This document shows, in pieces, positions 9,229 through 17,693 of a stretch of 32,000 nt of DNA. The stretch is from assembly GCF_009557235.1 (NCBI RefSeq), contig NZ_CP045650.1, positions 1,800,001 to 1,832,000 of the forward strand, written 5' to 3'. Source of the stretch: Acinetobacter wanghuae. Lineage in GTDB: Bacteria; Pseudomonadota; Gammaproteobacteria; Pseudomonadales; Moraxellaceae. Within the stretch, counting starts at the first letter, position 1, and every line of letters begins with the position of its first letter. The notes beneath the pieces were generated by a model. It saw nothing but the letters and a program-made list of their open reading frames with translations, did no database searches and was not told the origin of the DNA. Both the position numbers and the translations under genes were made by a program.

Positions 9229-10671
9229 ATGAAGCTATCTCTTAAAAACACTGGCTTTTGCAACATGAATCAATTCCTCAATCATCGCTTAGAAAAAGAT
9301 TTAATTGGAGAAATGTATATTCCAGAACAGTTTTATTTTGGCATTCAAACCCAACGTGCCTTACAAAACTTTGACTTAAGCCATAATAAACTCAGCCAAT
9401 ATCCACTTTTTATTCAATCACTTGCATGGGTAAAACTAGCATGTGCTAAAGCAAATTTGCAATTAGGTCATTTAAGCCAAGAGAAATACACAGCCATTGA
9501 ATATGCTTGCCAACAGATCATTGAAGGTCGCTATCACGATCAATTTGAATTGGATATGTTACAAGGTGGTGCTGGCACATCCACCAATATGAATATGAAC
9601 GAAGTCCTTGCCAATATTGCTTTAGAATATATGGGACATCAAAAAGGTCAATATCAGTATTTACACCCCAATAATGACGTCAATATGGCGCAGTCGACCA
9701 ATGATGTGTATCCCACTGCCATTAAAATGGCTTTGGTGCTAATGATTGACCAATTGGAAAAACCATTTCAAAACTTAATTAATGGATTTGCAGCAAAAGC
9801 TAAGCAATTTGAGCATGTCCTTAAAATGGGTCGTACCCAATTACAAGATGCCGTTCCCATGACTTTAGGGCAAGAATTTCTCGCTTTTTCAAATACTTTA
9901 GCCAAAGATCTTAAATTAATTAAAAACCTTGTTCCGCAAAGTTTATATCAAGTGAATTTAGGTGGTACAGCGATTGGAACTGGATTAAATGCATCAAAAG
10001 CTTATCAAGAAATTGCTGTCGCTGAACTAGCAACATTGATCCAACGCCCCATTCAAAGTGCAGATGATTTGATTGAAGCGACTTCAGATATGGGCGAATT
10101 TGTCTTATTGTCTGGTTTACTAAAGCGTACTGCCACCAAGCTTTCTAAAATTGCCAATGACTTACGTTTGCTTTCGAGTGGTCCCCGTACAGGCTTTGGC
10201 GAGATTCAACTTGAAGCGCGTCAAGCAGGCAGCTCCATCATGCCGGGCAAAGTCAATCCGGTTATTCCTGAAGCGTTGAATATCAGTTGTTTTGAGGTCA
10301 TTGCCAATGATTTAGCCGTCACTTTGGCTGCCGATGCGGGTCAACTACAACTCAATGCAATGGAGCCATTAATTGCATTTAAACTGTTTGAATCTATTGA
10401 TATTTTGAACAATGCTATGCGTATGTTCCAAGAAAAATGTGTGGTGAGCATTCAAGCCAATACAGCGCATTGTCAACATTTGGTCGAAAACTCGATTGGC
10501 ATTGTGACCGCTTTAAATCCTTATTTAGGTTATGAAAATACCACACGCTTGGCACAAACGGCTTTCCGAGAAAATCGTAGTGTCATTGAATTGATTCGTA
10601 GTGAAGGTTTAATGACCCAGCAACAAATTGAAGAAATTTTATCTATTCAAAATATGACACAACCTGTTTAG
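9229..10671 (+). CDS. aspA: aspartate ammonia-lyase
   Basis: GSSIMPGKVNPVIPE, which is aspartase-type VNPV(I/V)PE rather than fumarase VNPTQCE. Also TQLQDAVPMTLGQEF. The alternative start at ATG 9265 (MNQFLNHRLEKDLIGE) matches the E. coli AspA N-terminus better. Confidence 0.9.
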   Translation: MKLSLKNTGFCNMNQFLNHRLEKDLIGEMYIPEQFYFGIQTQRALQNFDLSHNKLSQYPLFIQSLAWVKLACAKANLQLGHLSQEKYTAIEYACQQIIEGRYHDQFELDMLQGGAGTSTNMNMNEVLANIALEYMGHQKGQYQYLHPNNDVNMAQSTNDVYPTAIKMALVLMIDQLEKPFQNLINGFAAKAKQFEHVLKMGRTQLQDAVPMTLGQEFLAFSNTLAKDLKLIKNLVPQSLYQVNLGGTAIGTGLNASKAYQEIAVAELATLIQRPIQSADDLIEATSDMGEFVLLSGLLKRTATKLSKIANDLRLLSSGPRTGFGEIQLEARQAGSSIMPGKVNPVIPEALNISCFEVIANDLAVTLAADAGQLQLNAMEPLIAFKLFESIDILNNAMRMFQEKCVVSIQANTAHCQHLVENSIGIVTALNPYLGYENTTRLAQTAFRENRSVIELIRSEGLMTQQQIEEILSIQNMTQPV

Positions 10672-10685
10672 ATTCAGCTATCTAT

Positions 10686-10715
10686 AAAAAAGCCCCATAG
10701 ATTGGGGCTTTTTTT
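10686..10715 (+). terminator. aspA rho-independent terminator
   Basis: A6-GCCCCA-tagat-TGGGGC-T7. Confidence 0.85.
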
Positions 10716-10735
10716 AAATAGAGTTCTTTCATAAG

Positions 10736-11206
10736 TCATTTTTTACTCAGTTCCATGTTATAGACTCCAGCAATTAAATTGAATCTTAAGCCTAGTCTTT
10801 TGCCTCGATTACGATATCGCTCGGCAAGTATTTTGAAGGTCTTCAAACTGCCAAATACATGCTCAATCCCAATTCTTCTTTTATTGATTTCTTGATTGTA
10901 AACTTTTAGCTCGAGATCTAGTTTGCAGCGCTTTTTTGCTTTTAATGGCAATAGACTATTTGGATACACTGCGTAAATCCCTTGATAGCCTTTATCTGCA
11001 AGGATAAAAGACCCTTTAGGAACCTGATTTAAATTGCGTTTGAATAGCTCGAAATCATGTACAGCACCACGACTCGTGCATAAACTCAGAACTTGCCGAG
11101 TTCTATAATGGATAATGGCTTGAACTTTAAAAGTATGTGCCTTCTTCTTGCCACTATAGCTTTTCTTCTGTTTTTTTAGGCCTTTGTATTGGGATTTCTG
11201 TGGCAT
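10736..11206 (-). CDS. IS5-family transposase, DDE catalytic ORF (orfB)
   Basis: 156 aa with ILADKGYQG and RRIGIEHVFGSLKTFKILAERYRN motifs typical of IS5/IS427 DDE transposases. It lies in the +1 frame relative to orfA. Confidence 0.85.
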   Translation of the reverse strand: MPQKSQYKGLKKQKKSYSGKKKAHTFKVQAIIHYRTRQVLSLCTSRGAVHDFELFKRNLNQVPKGSFILADKGYQGIYAVYPNSLLPLKAKKRCKLDLELKVYNQEINKRRIGIEHVFGSLKTFKILAERYRNRGKRLGLRFNLIAGVYNMELSKK

Positions 11207-11564
11207 CTACGATCACCACATTCCAGTCAATACCTTCGCCTTCAGGCAAATTCTTAGGTAAATTGAATAGATTGGACTTGATTAGACAATCCTCTACATG
11301 GCGAACGATTCTTGAAGCAGTAGGCTCTGACACGCCATAACTTGTTGAGACATGAAATAAAGTTCGGTATTCACGCCAATAGCTCAGACAGAGTAAAACC
11401 TGATCTTCTACACTTAATTTAGGTGGTCTACCTTTTGCAGGGACATGCATTTTCAGTTGTTCAACCATTAAATCAAAGGTTGAACATGAGATGCCTGTAT
11501 ATCGCTTAAACTGTGTTTCAGAAAGCTTCTTCGAATCGATGTATTTCATCCGCAAATTATGCAT
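11154..11564 (-). CDS. IS5-family transposase, N-terminal ORF (orfA)
   Basis: 136 aa with an HTH-like N-terminus. Ends ...VIVDATEIPIQRPKKTEEKL, just after an A7 run (T7 on plus strand, 11171-11177). Confidence 0.85.
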   Translation of the reverse strand: MHNLRMKYIDSKKLSETQFKRYTGISCSTFDLMVEQLKMHVPAKGRPPKLSVEDQVLLCLSYWREYRTLFHVSTSYGVSEPTASRIVRHVEDCLIKSNLFNLPKNLPEGEGIDWNVVIVDATEIPIQRPKKTEEKL

Positions 11565-11658
11565 GAATATTCAAAATTCTTCGGTACAAATAATCAGCAA
11601 AAGATAGAGCGTTTTTTGATTTATGAAAGAGATCTAATGGAACGCACACAAAAATATT

Positions 11659-12576
11659 TTATTGATAATACTGCGTGCGCTTTTTTGAAAAACGTTCTAA
11701 TGATTTTAAGAACCCTTCAAAATAATCCTTTTGCTTTTCTTCACTTCTAAAACCGGCATACAGTGTGCGACGTAAGCCTTCCGCTGCCACACAATCAAGA
11801 CGGCGCGATGTGACCCACCCTTTTTGTTCATATTCATTCACGACCCAATCTGGCAGTGCAGCAATCCCTCGCCCACTCGCGACAAGTTGAATCAGCATTT
11901 GCGTTAAATCGGTGGTACGAATACTTTTGGGTTGAATATTGGCAGGAATAAACAGGCGCGACATGATATCCAAACGGTGCTTATCTACCGGATAAGTCAC
12001 CAAAGTTTCTTCAGCCAATTCTTGCACGGTAATCTCTTTCACACGAACCAAAGGATGGGTATTTGATAACACCAAGCGCGATTCATATTCAAAAATTGGG
12101 AAATATTCAATGCCTTTTAATGCAATGGGATCTGCGGTAATGAGTAAATCAAATTCGCCTGTTTGCAGTAATTCATGCGGATTTGCTTCGAAACCTGAAG
12201 CAAAATCTAAATCAACATCTGGATATTGAATACGATATTGATTTAATAGTGGCATGAGCCAATCAAAACAACTATGACACTCAGAAGAAAAAACTATTCG
12301 CCCTGTTTGTCCATGCACAATACGTGAAATATCAGATTGGGCAATTTGCACTTGCGGCAATATTTCATCTGCCAATTTCAATAAACGTTGACCGACATTA
12401 GAAAAACTCACAGGTCGGGTTTTCCGATTGACCACTTCTACGCCAAACCATTGATCCAACTCGCGTAACTGATGTGACAATGCCGAGGGTGTTAAACATA
12501 AATCGCCTGCTGCTGCGACCAATGAACCATGTTCTCGAATTGCAGTTAAGGTCTTAAGGTGGCGGAGTTCAATCAT
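11659..12576 (-). CDS. metR: LysR-family methionine regulon activator MetR
   Basis: MIELRHLKTLTAIREHGSLVAAAGDLCLTPSALSHQLRELD... together with ECHSCFDWLMP and GIAALPDWVV parallels E. coli MetR ([23 protein letters not shown]..., ECHSCIQWLTP, GIAALPHWVV) as remembered. Confidence 0.85.
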   Translation of the reverse strand: MIELRHLKTLTAIREHGSLVAAAGDLCLTPSALSHQLRELDQWFGVEVVNRKTRPVSFSNVGQRLLKLADEILPQVQIAQSDISRIVHGQTGRIVFSSECHSCFDWLMPLLNQYRIQYPDVDLDFASGFEANPHELLQTGEFDLLITADPIALKGIEYFPIFEYESRLVLSNTHPLVRVKEITVQELAEETLVTYPVDKHRLDIMSRLFIPANIQPKSIRTTDLTQMLIQLVASGRGIAALPDWVVNEYEQKGWVTSRRLDCVAAEGLRRTLYAGFRSEEKQKDYFEGFLKSLERFSKKRTQYYQ

Positions 12577-12795
12577 CAGGTATCCAAGCGTATTGCTATA
12601 ACAAAGTCTGCATATGCATAGGATACCCGATTTAGATAAAAATATTCATTAATAATTTTATTAGATGAATATTCCTCATCTCACACTAAGAACTCTATTT
12701 TACTTAATATCCCTTATGTTAAATGGTGATTTAAAGCTCTTTGCTAAAGTAGGTATAGTAGTAATAATTATTGAGTAAATAAGAGAATTAAGCTA

Positions 12796-13233
12796 ATGAA
12801 ATACTCAAAAGAAAGAATACTAAAAGCCCTACTGCTTGCTCCATTACCATTACTTTTCTTTGCCGCATTGCTCTTTATCATAATGAATCATGAATATAGC
12901 CTTTATTCAATTTTTGTGGTTTTTGTAGGGCATGGTCTTGTTTACTTAGCTTATTGTATTTTGACTGTACCTTTCAGCTTTATGTTCTCAATTCTTTTAA
13001 ATCGTTATAGCATCCTTAACCTGCTAACCATCTGTATTAGTGCTCTAATTATTGCTGCACCTTTTTTTATTCTTTTCGGATGGAGCCATACAGGAGAAAT
13101 TTCAAAAGAATGGTGGAAGATGTATACCAATACATGGACTATTCTTATGGCTTTATTCCCTGGCTTATGTTATTGGCTATTTCTGATTACCCTAAATGAT
13201 AAAAAATCAAAAACTGTTGAGCAAATGACTTAG
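12796..13233 (+). CDS. hypothetical polytopic membrane protein
   Basis: 145 aa with 4-5 hydrophobic helices. It is encoded in a visibly more AT-rich stretch and lies opposite in orientation to its neighbours. Confidence 0.5.
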   Translation: MKYSKERILKALLLAPLPLLFFAALLFIIMNHEYSLYSIFVVFVGHGLVYLAYCILTVPFSFMFSILLNRYSILNLLTICISALIIAAPFFILFGWSHTGEISKEWWKMYTNTWTILMALFPGLCYWLFLITLNDKKSKTVEQMT

Positions 13234-13434
13234 AGTGAAATTCTTAAATATTCCTAAAATCAACATAATCAAGTATAGCCACTTCAGCTTTTTTGAAGAA
13301 TTTTTCATGTTCCATGCCTATTTATTAAACCGAGTTCCACGCTTTTATTTAGCTGACATTCACAAAACAAACCAACTCAGTTCAATAAAAAAAGAATGCA
13401 AAAAACCTTTATTGCATCTTAAAGCCTATAAAAC

Positions 13435-13929
13435 TTAGGCTATTTCAACTGCTCCAACCTGATGATAAGCCCGATTAAAATACACCAAACTTTCTTGTTG
13501 CTGACTTTGTTTAATTCCAACGACATGACACATCAATACACTATGTGTTCCAACTTGCTGAATATCTACAATCTCACAATCAAAACTGACCAAGGCATCT
13601 TCTAAAATCGGTGCGCCTGTTTCAAGTGTGCTCCAATCTGCCAGTTCAAAGCGTTGTTCGGCATTGAATTTGCTTGAGGCAAAAGCATTAGAAAGCTGTT
13701 CATGTTGAGTACTGAGTACATTTACCGCTAGTACTTTATTTTCAAGAAATTGCGCATGAGAACGAGAAGATTGATTCATACACACCAACAAAGTCGGTGG
13801 TGTATCAGTCACGCTACACACCGCAGATGCGGTAAATCCATGCATTCCCGCTTCACCCGCGGTGGTAATGACATTTACCGCTGTGCTTAGTAAAGACATC
13901 GCGTTTCTAAAGTCCGTTGCCTCAATCAT
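13435..13929 (-). CDS. flavin reductase-domain protein (HpaC/RutF-like NAD(P)H:flavin oxidoreductase)
   Basis: 164 aa. FRNAMSLLSTAVNVITT...GFTASAVCSVTDTPPTLLVCMN is the characteristic flavin-reductase fold opening. Co-directional with mesD, 100 nt downstream. Confidence 0.8.
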   Translation of the reverse strand: MIEATDFRNAMSLLSTAVNVITTAGEAGMHGFTASAVCSVTDTPPTLLVCMNQSSRSHAQFLENKVLAVNVLSTQHEQLSNAFASSKFNAEQRFELADWSTLETGAPILEDALVSFDCEIVDIQQVGTHSVLMCHVVGIKQSQQQESLVYFNRAYHQVGAVEIA

Positions 13930-14029
13930 CTCTTCTCTCTCGAATTTCTACACTTTTCTAATCGTAAAATTAAAAAAGATTGAATGACCCAAATTGCCAC
14001 TCAATCTTCCTCTATAGGATTGACTTCGC

Positions 14030-15058
14030 TTAAGCACCCAACTCTTGACGCACAATTGCAGCACCTGCACTTAACGCATTTAGTTTGCCTTGTGCGACTT
14101 GACGAGATAATGGTGCCATCCCACAGTTGGTTGATGGATAAAGTTTATCTGCATCTACAAATTGCAGTGCTTTGCGTAATGTATGAGCGACTTCTTCAGG
14201 CGTTTCAATTTGATTGGTCGCCACATCAATCGCACCGACCATCACTTTTTTGCCACGAATGAGTTCAATCAAATCCATTGGAACACGGGAGTTTTGACAT
14301 TCGAGTGACACAATATCAATTTTAGATTGTTGCAGTTTGGGGAACGATTCTTCGTACTGACGCCATTCATTACCCAAAGTCTTTTTCCAATCGGTATTGG
14401 CTTGAATGCCATAGCCATAGCAAATATGCACCGCGGTTTCACATTTTAGACCTTCAAGTGCACGCTCTAAGGTTGCAATCCCCCAATCATTCACTTCATC
14501 AAAGAACACATTAAACGCAGGTTCATCAAACTGAATGATGTCGACCCCTGCTGCTTCAAGTTCTAAAGCTTCTTGGTTCAGAATTTTGGCAAATTCCCAC
14601 GCCAACTTTTCACGGCTTTTGTAATGACCATCATACAGCGTATCGATCATGGTCATAGGACCGGGCAATGCCCATTTAATCGGTTGCGTGGTTTGGCTAC
14701 GTAAGAACTTGGCATCATCGACAAAAACTGCTTTTTTACGAGACACTTCACCCACGACAGATGGCACACTGGCATCGTAACGGTTACGAATACGCATGGT
14801 TTCGCGCTTGTTAAAATCCACCCCTTCAAGATGTTCAATAAACGTGGTCACAAAGTGCTGACGGGTTTGTTCACCATCACTGACAATATCGATACCCGCC
14901 TGACGTTGTTCATGCAAAGACAGCTTTAATGCATCACGTTTTGCTTCTAAAAGTGCATCGCCTTCAAGTTTCCAAGGTGACCAAAGTTGTTCAGGTTCAG
15001 CAAGCCAAGCGGGTTTCGGTAAGCTGCCTGCTGTCGATGTTGGGAGTAAAAGTGCCAT
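14030..15058 (-). CDS. mesD: core (catalytic-domain-only) MetE-family methionine synthase, MesD type
   Basis: 342 aa, equal to a single Meth_synt_2-like domain. Contains SLPKPAWL, DIVSDGEQTRQHF, DIIQFDEPAF, VHICYGY and STNCGMAP (zinc-ligand contexts). Lies directly downstream of a DUF1852 gene. Confidence 0.85.
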   Translation of the reverse strand: MALLLPTSTAGSLPKPAWLAEPEQLWSPWKLEGDALLEAKRDALKLSLHEQRQAGIDIVSDGEQTRQHFVTTFIEHLEGVDFNKRETMRIRNRYDASVPSVVGEVSRKKAVFVDDAKFLRSQTTQPIKWALPGPMTMIDTLYDGHYKSREKLAWEFAKILNQEALELEAAGVDIIQFDEPAFNVFFDEVNDWGIATLERALEGLKCETAVHICYGYGIQANTDWKKTLGNEWRQYEESFPKLQQSKIDIVSLECQNSRVPMDLIELIRGKKVMVGAIDVATNQIETPEEVAHTLRKALQFVDADKLYPSTNCGMAPLSRQVAQGKLNALSAGAAIVRQELGA

Positions 15059-15109
15059 ATCTCATCTTCTTTCTTTAAATTAGGTCAATCTATAAATCAT
15101 GTCGGTGTT

Positions 15110-16105
15110 TTAAGCAGCATCTTTCTGAGCAGCGGTTACTTGAAAGTTAGCCGCCCACTCATCCAGAATGTCTTTATAGGGTTTGATAAAGTTTTCTTCT
15201 GTCCATTTGCCTTGTTTGACCGCCAACTGACCACGTTCAACACGGTCATAAACAATACGGGTGAGAGAATAATCGCCATAGCTTAAACTTGGTTGATAAA
15301 TCACGCCTGCAGGTGAATTTGTGTTGTAAATTTCAGGACGATAGATGCGTTGGAAACTTTCCATGGTCGCAATCGCACTGATCAACTCAAAATCAGTGTA
15401 GTCACGGAGTAAGTCGCCTGCACAGTAGAATGCCAGTGGTGCATTAGCATGTTTAGGCTTGAAATAACGAACACTGAGACCCATTTTTTTGAAATATTCA
15501 TCGGTACGTGAATCATCATTATTGGTGTATTCTGCACCCAATACAGGATGGGTATTCGCAGTACGGTAGTACGTTTTAGTGGTGGAAACACTTAGGCAAA
15601 TGACAGGCTGTTTTTTAAACTCAGCTTTAAACACCGCTGAATTAATAAGATGTAGATATAGCTTGCCATGCAAGTCACCAAAGTCTTCGGGCTTTTCATC
15701 CGTCTTATAACCCAATGTTGGCAAGACCACACTAAAGTCATAATCACGCACATACGATGAGAAGCTATTGCCAATCATGCCTTCAATACGTTCACCTGTT
15801 TGATGGTCGATGACGGTGCTTTTCAGTGTTTCGATGAACGGGAAGGTTTCACCATTGCCCTCAATATCAATTTCAGCCGAAATAATGTCAATTTCAAGTG
15901 AATAACGATCACCTTTTGGATTATCAACAGTGGCCAAACTATTAAAGCGATTATTGATCATTGCCAGAGTCCGACGCAGATTTTCTTGACGGCTTTCACC
16001 ACGTGCCAAATTGGCAAAGTTAGTTGTTAAACGAGTGTTATTCGCTGGCGCGTAATGCTCATCAAAGCGAATGCGTTTAATTGAACATGCAAATTTCTGA
16101 CTCAT
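15110..16105 (-). CDS. mesX: DUF1852-family protein, MesX
   Basis: 331 aa. The size, sequence style and conserved pairing immediately upstream of a core MetE-like gene match MesX (DUF1852) as described by Price et al. 2021. Family call is from memory and context. Confidence 0.75.
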   Translation of the reverse strand: MSQKFACSIKRIRFDEHYAPANNTRLTTNFANLARGESRQENLRRTLAMINNRFNSLATVDNPKGDRYSLEIDIISAEIDIEGNGETFPFIETLKSTVIDHQTGERIEGMIGNSFSSYVRDYDFSVVLPTLGYKTDEKPEDFGDLHGKLYLHLINSAVFKAEFKKQPVICLSVSTTKTYYRTANTHPVLGAEYTNNDDSRTDEYFKKMGLSVRYFKPKHANAPLAFYCAGDLLRDYTDFELISAIATMESFQRIYRPEIYNTNSPAGVIYQPSLSYGDYSLTRIVYDRVERGQLAVKQGKWTEENFIKPYKDILDEWAANFQVTAAQKDAA

Positions 16106-16177
16106 GGAGATATCCGCCTAAATTTCTTATAAAAAGCTAAATTTCTGTATGGCTTTATTTAAACGCGAATCAAAACA

Positions 16178-16220
16178 TGAGTAAAACGATATAAATTCAA
16201 TTAAAGATGAGTAAAATTCA
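16178..16220 (-). promoter_or_regulatory. candidate MetR boxes upstream of mesX
   Basis: Direct repeat ATGAGTAAAA at 16177-16186 and 16207-16216. The second forms TGAGTAAAATTCA (16208-16220), one mismatch from the E. coli MetR consensus TGAA-N5-TTCA. Confidence 0.35.
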
Positions 16221-16336
16221 CTTAATAGCTATTTAGATGACATGGAAGCTAAGAAAACACAAACAGTTGGATGAAATATTTCAAGCTACAGATTGTGATA
16301 CGCGCCTATTTTTATGATCTTTTAATACTTAGCATT

Positions 16337-16364
16337 AAAAAAGCCGACTCAATAAAGTCGGCTT
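16337..16364 (-). terminator. rho-independent terminator of the 16382-17384 gene
   Basis: Minus strand reads AAGCCGACT-ttattg-AGTCGGCTT followed by a T6 run. Confidence 0.8.
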
Positions 16365-16381
16365 AGACCTACATTTTTAGC

Positions 16382-17384
16382 TTAATGAACAATGGTACGA
16401 CGACGTGACCAACGATCTACGCCAAATTTACCTGCAAACACCGTCACCAATAAGCCGATAAACAATCCAATAAATGACCAAAGTGCAGCTTTTAGCAGCA
16501 GCATTGGTTGCAACAGCTGCTTTTTCTTTTGCATCTTCTTTGGCTTGAACATATTGAACTTTTGCTTTTTGAATATTGCTATCCAAGTTATTGAAAAACT
16601 CATTTTGCTGAACAAGATAATTATTGACTGCTTGATCCGCCTCTTGTGGTGTCAGTGAGGTGTTTTTAGCAAGCGCTTCGCTGACTTCATCACGATCGAT
16701 TGAAGCTGTGACTGCTTGAGCACGATTTTTCAAGGTATTAGACAATTGTTGAATAATTTTATCGCTATCATCTGGATTTAAAACCAAATCTTTCGCAGAT
16801 GCCTTAATTTGATCTTTCGCCCACTCACCTTGTGCTTTTAAGTATTGTGGCTGTAATTCCTCAATACCGGTTTTCTGCAAAGCTTCGGTCAGTTTCACAT
16901 CACCATCTTTAAATTCAGGCAATGGCACAAGCTCTTCAAAGGCTTGTGTACCTAAGCTTGCAAGATTAACTCCCCCTTTACCAATACCCGTTGCAACACT
17001 TCCCGCAGCGGAAGTCACAGAGCTAATTGCGCTGCCGGTAATACGTGCCGCATTATTGATGGTCATTGCACCAAACCAAATACCGACCAATAAAGACAAT
17101 GCCCAAACGAGGAAACCGTGAATATAACCATCCGTCGTTGCAAGTCGACCCGCAATAAAACCACCAATGCCCAAACTAATCAGTAAGGAAATAATGGTCC
17201 AAATGGTTACTGCTGTGCCTGAACCATTGCCCACATCGGTCGCAGATTCAGGATCTAAAAGGGCAAAACCGAGCGCTACACCCAATAAAGACAACAACAT
17301 GGAAATGGCAAGGACTGCAATTACACCCGCAAAAACACTGGCCCATGAAATACGATTTGGAATCACAATTTTTTCTTCATACAT
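16382..17384 (-). pseudogene. membrane protein with apparent 1-nt frameshift near the C-terminus
   Basis: The 318-aa ORF (16428-17384) leaves frame at a T4 run (16490-16493). The overlapping 16382-16615 frame continues ...KAALWSFIGLFIGLLVTVFAGKFGVDRWSRRRTIVH, a clean TM helix with a basic tail. Removing one base gives a 333-aa protein. Confidence 0.6.
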
Positions 17385-17660
17385 GTTCTTATACCTCTTG
17401 ATTGTCGTTTTAATTCTTCATATGTCAGACAAGACATATCCCTGCTTCTACTTTATGGATAAACATGCGGGCAAAATGTGATCTATTTGTTGTTTTTAAT
17501 TATTTTTTGCTACTGTTCTTTCTCTTCATGTAATTCATTTCATCAAGCAGCAATCTCTGCCACATATAGATTCATAATCTAAAACCGCACGTTTCATCGA
17601 CAAAATTCAGCTTAGAATTTTATCGCTTGTAAAGTTATGTTAAACTTCACGCAGTTTTTA

Positions 17661-17693
17661 ACACCTACGCTATGTCGTGGGTGTCTTTATTTG
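17661..17693 (+). terminator. terminator-like hairpin in the craA leader / intergenic region
   Basis: ACACCTACG-ctatgt-CGTGGGTGT (9 bp including one G-U pair) followed by CTTTATTTG. There is no upstream plus-strand gene. Confidence 0.35.

Larger units (their letters stand above)
10719..11636 (-). mobile_element. IS5-family (IS427-like) insertion sequence, about 0.9 kb
   Basis: Imperfect terminal inverted repeats: GAGTTCTTTCATAAGTCA (10721-10738) against the reverse complement of 11617-11634, GATCTCTTTCATAAATCA (15/18 match). TA flanks both ends, so it is either a 2-bp duplication or part of the IR. Contains two overlapping transposase ORFs. Confidence 0.85.

Noticed and set aside
11171-11177. 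Programmed -1 ribosomal frameshift site in the IS transposase.
   Set aside because: The frame arithmetic shows orfB is +1, not -1, relative to orfA. The A7 run is phased AAA AAA A rather than X XXY YYZ. It is reported instead as an unresolved +1/slippage/indel question.
11559-11750. 63-aa ORF on the plus strand.
   Set aside because: It spans the IS right end and the antisense of the metR 3' end, so it is a chance open frame.
13984-14262. 92-aa ORF on the plus strand, plus nested ORFs 14653-14838, 15382-15591 and 15592-15774.
   Set aside because: They are antisense to or out of frame with the well-supported mesD and mesX genes.
17167-17481. 104-aa plus-strand ORF.
   Set aside because: It is mostly antisense to the 16382-17384 membrane-protein gene and has no RBS.
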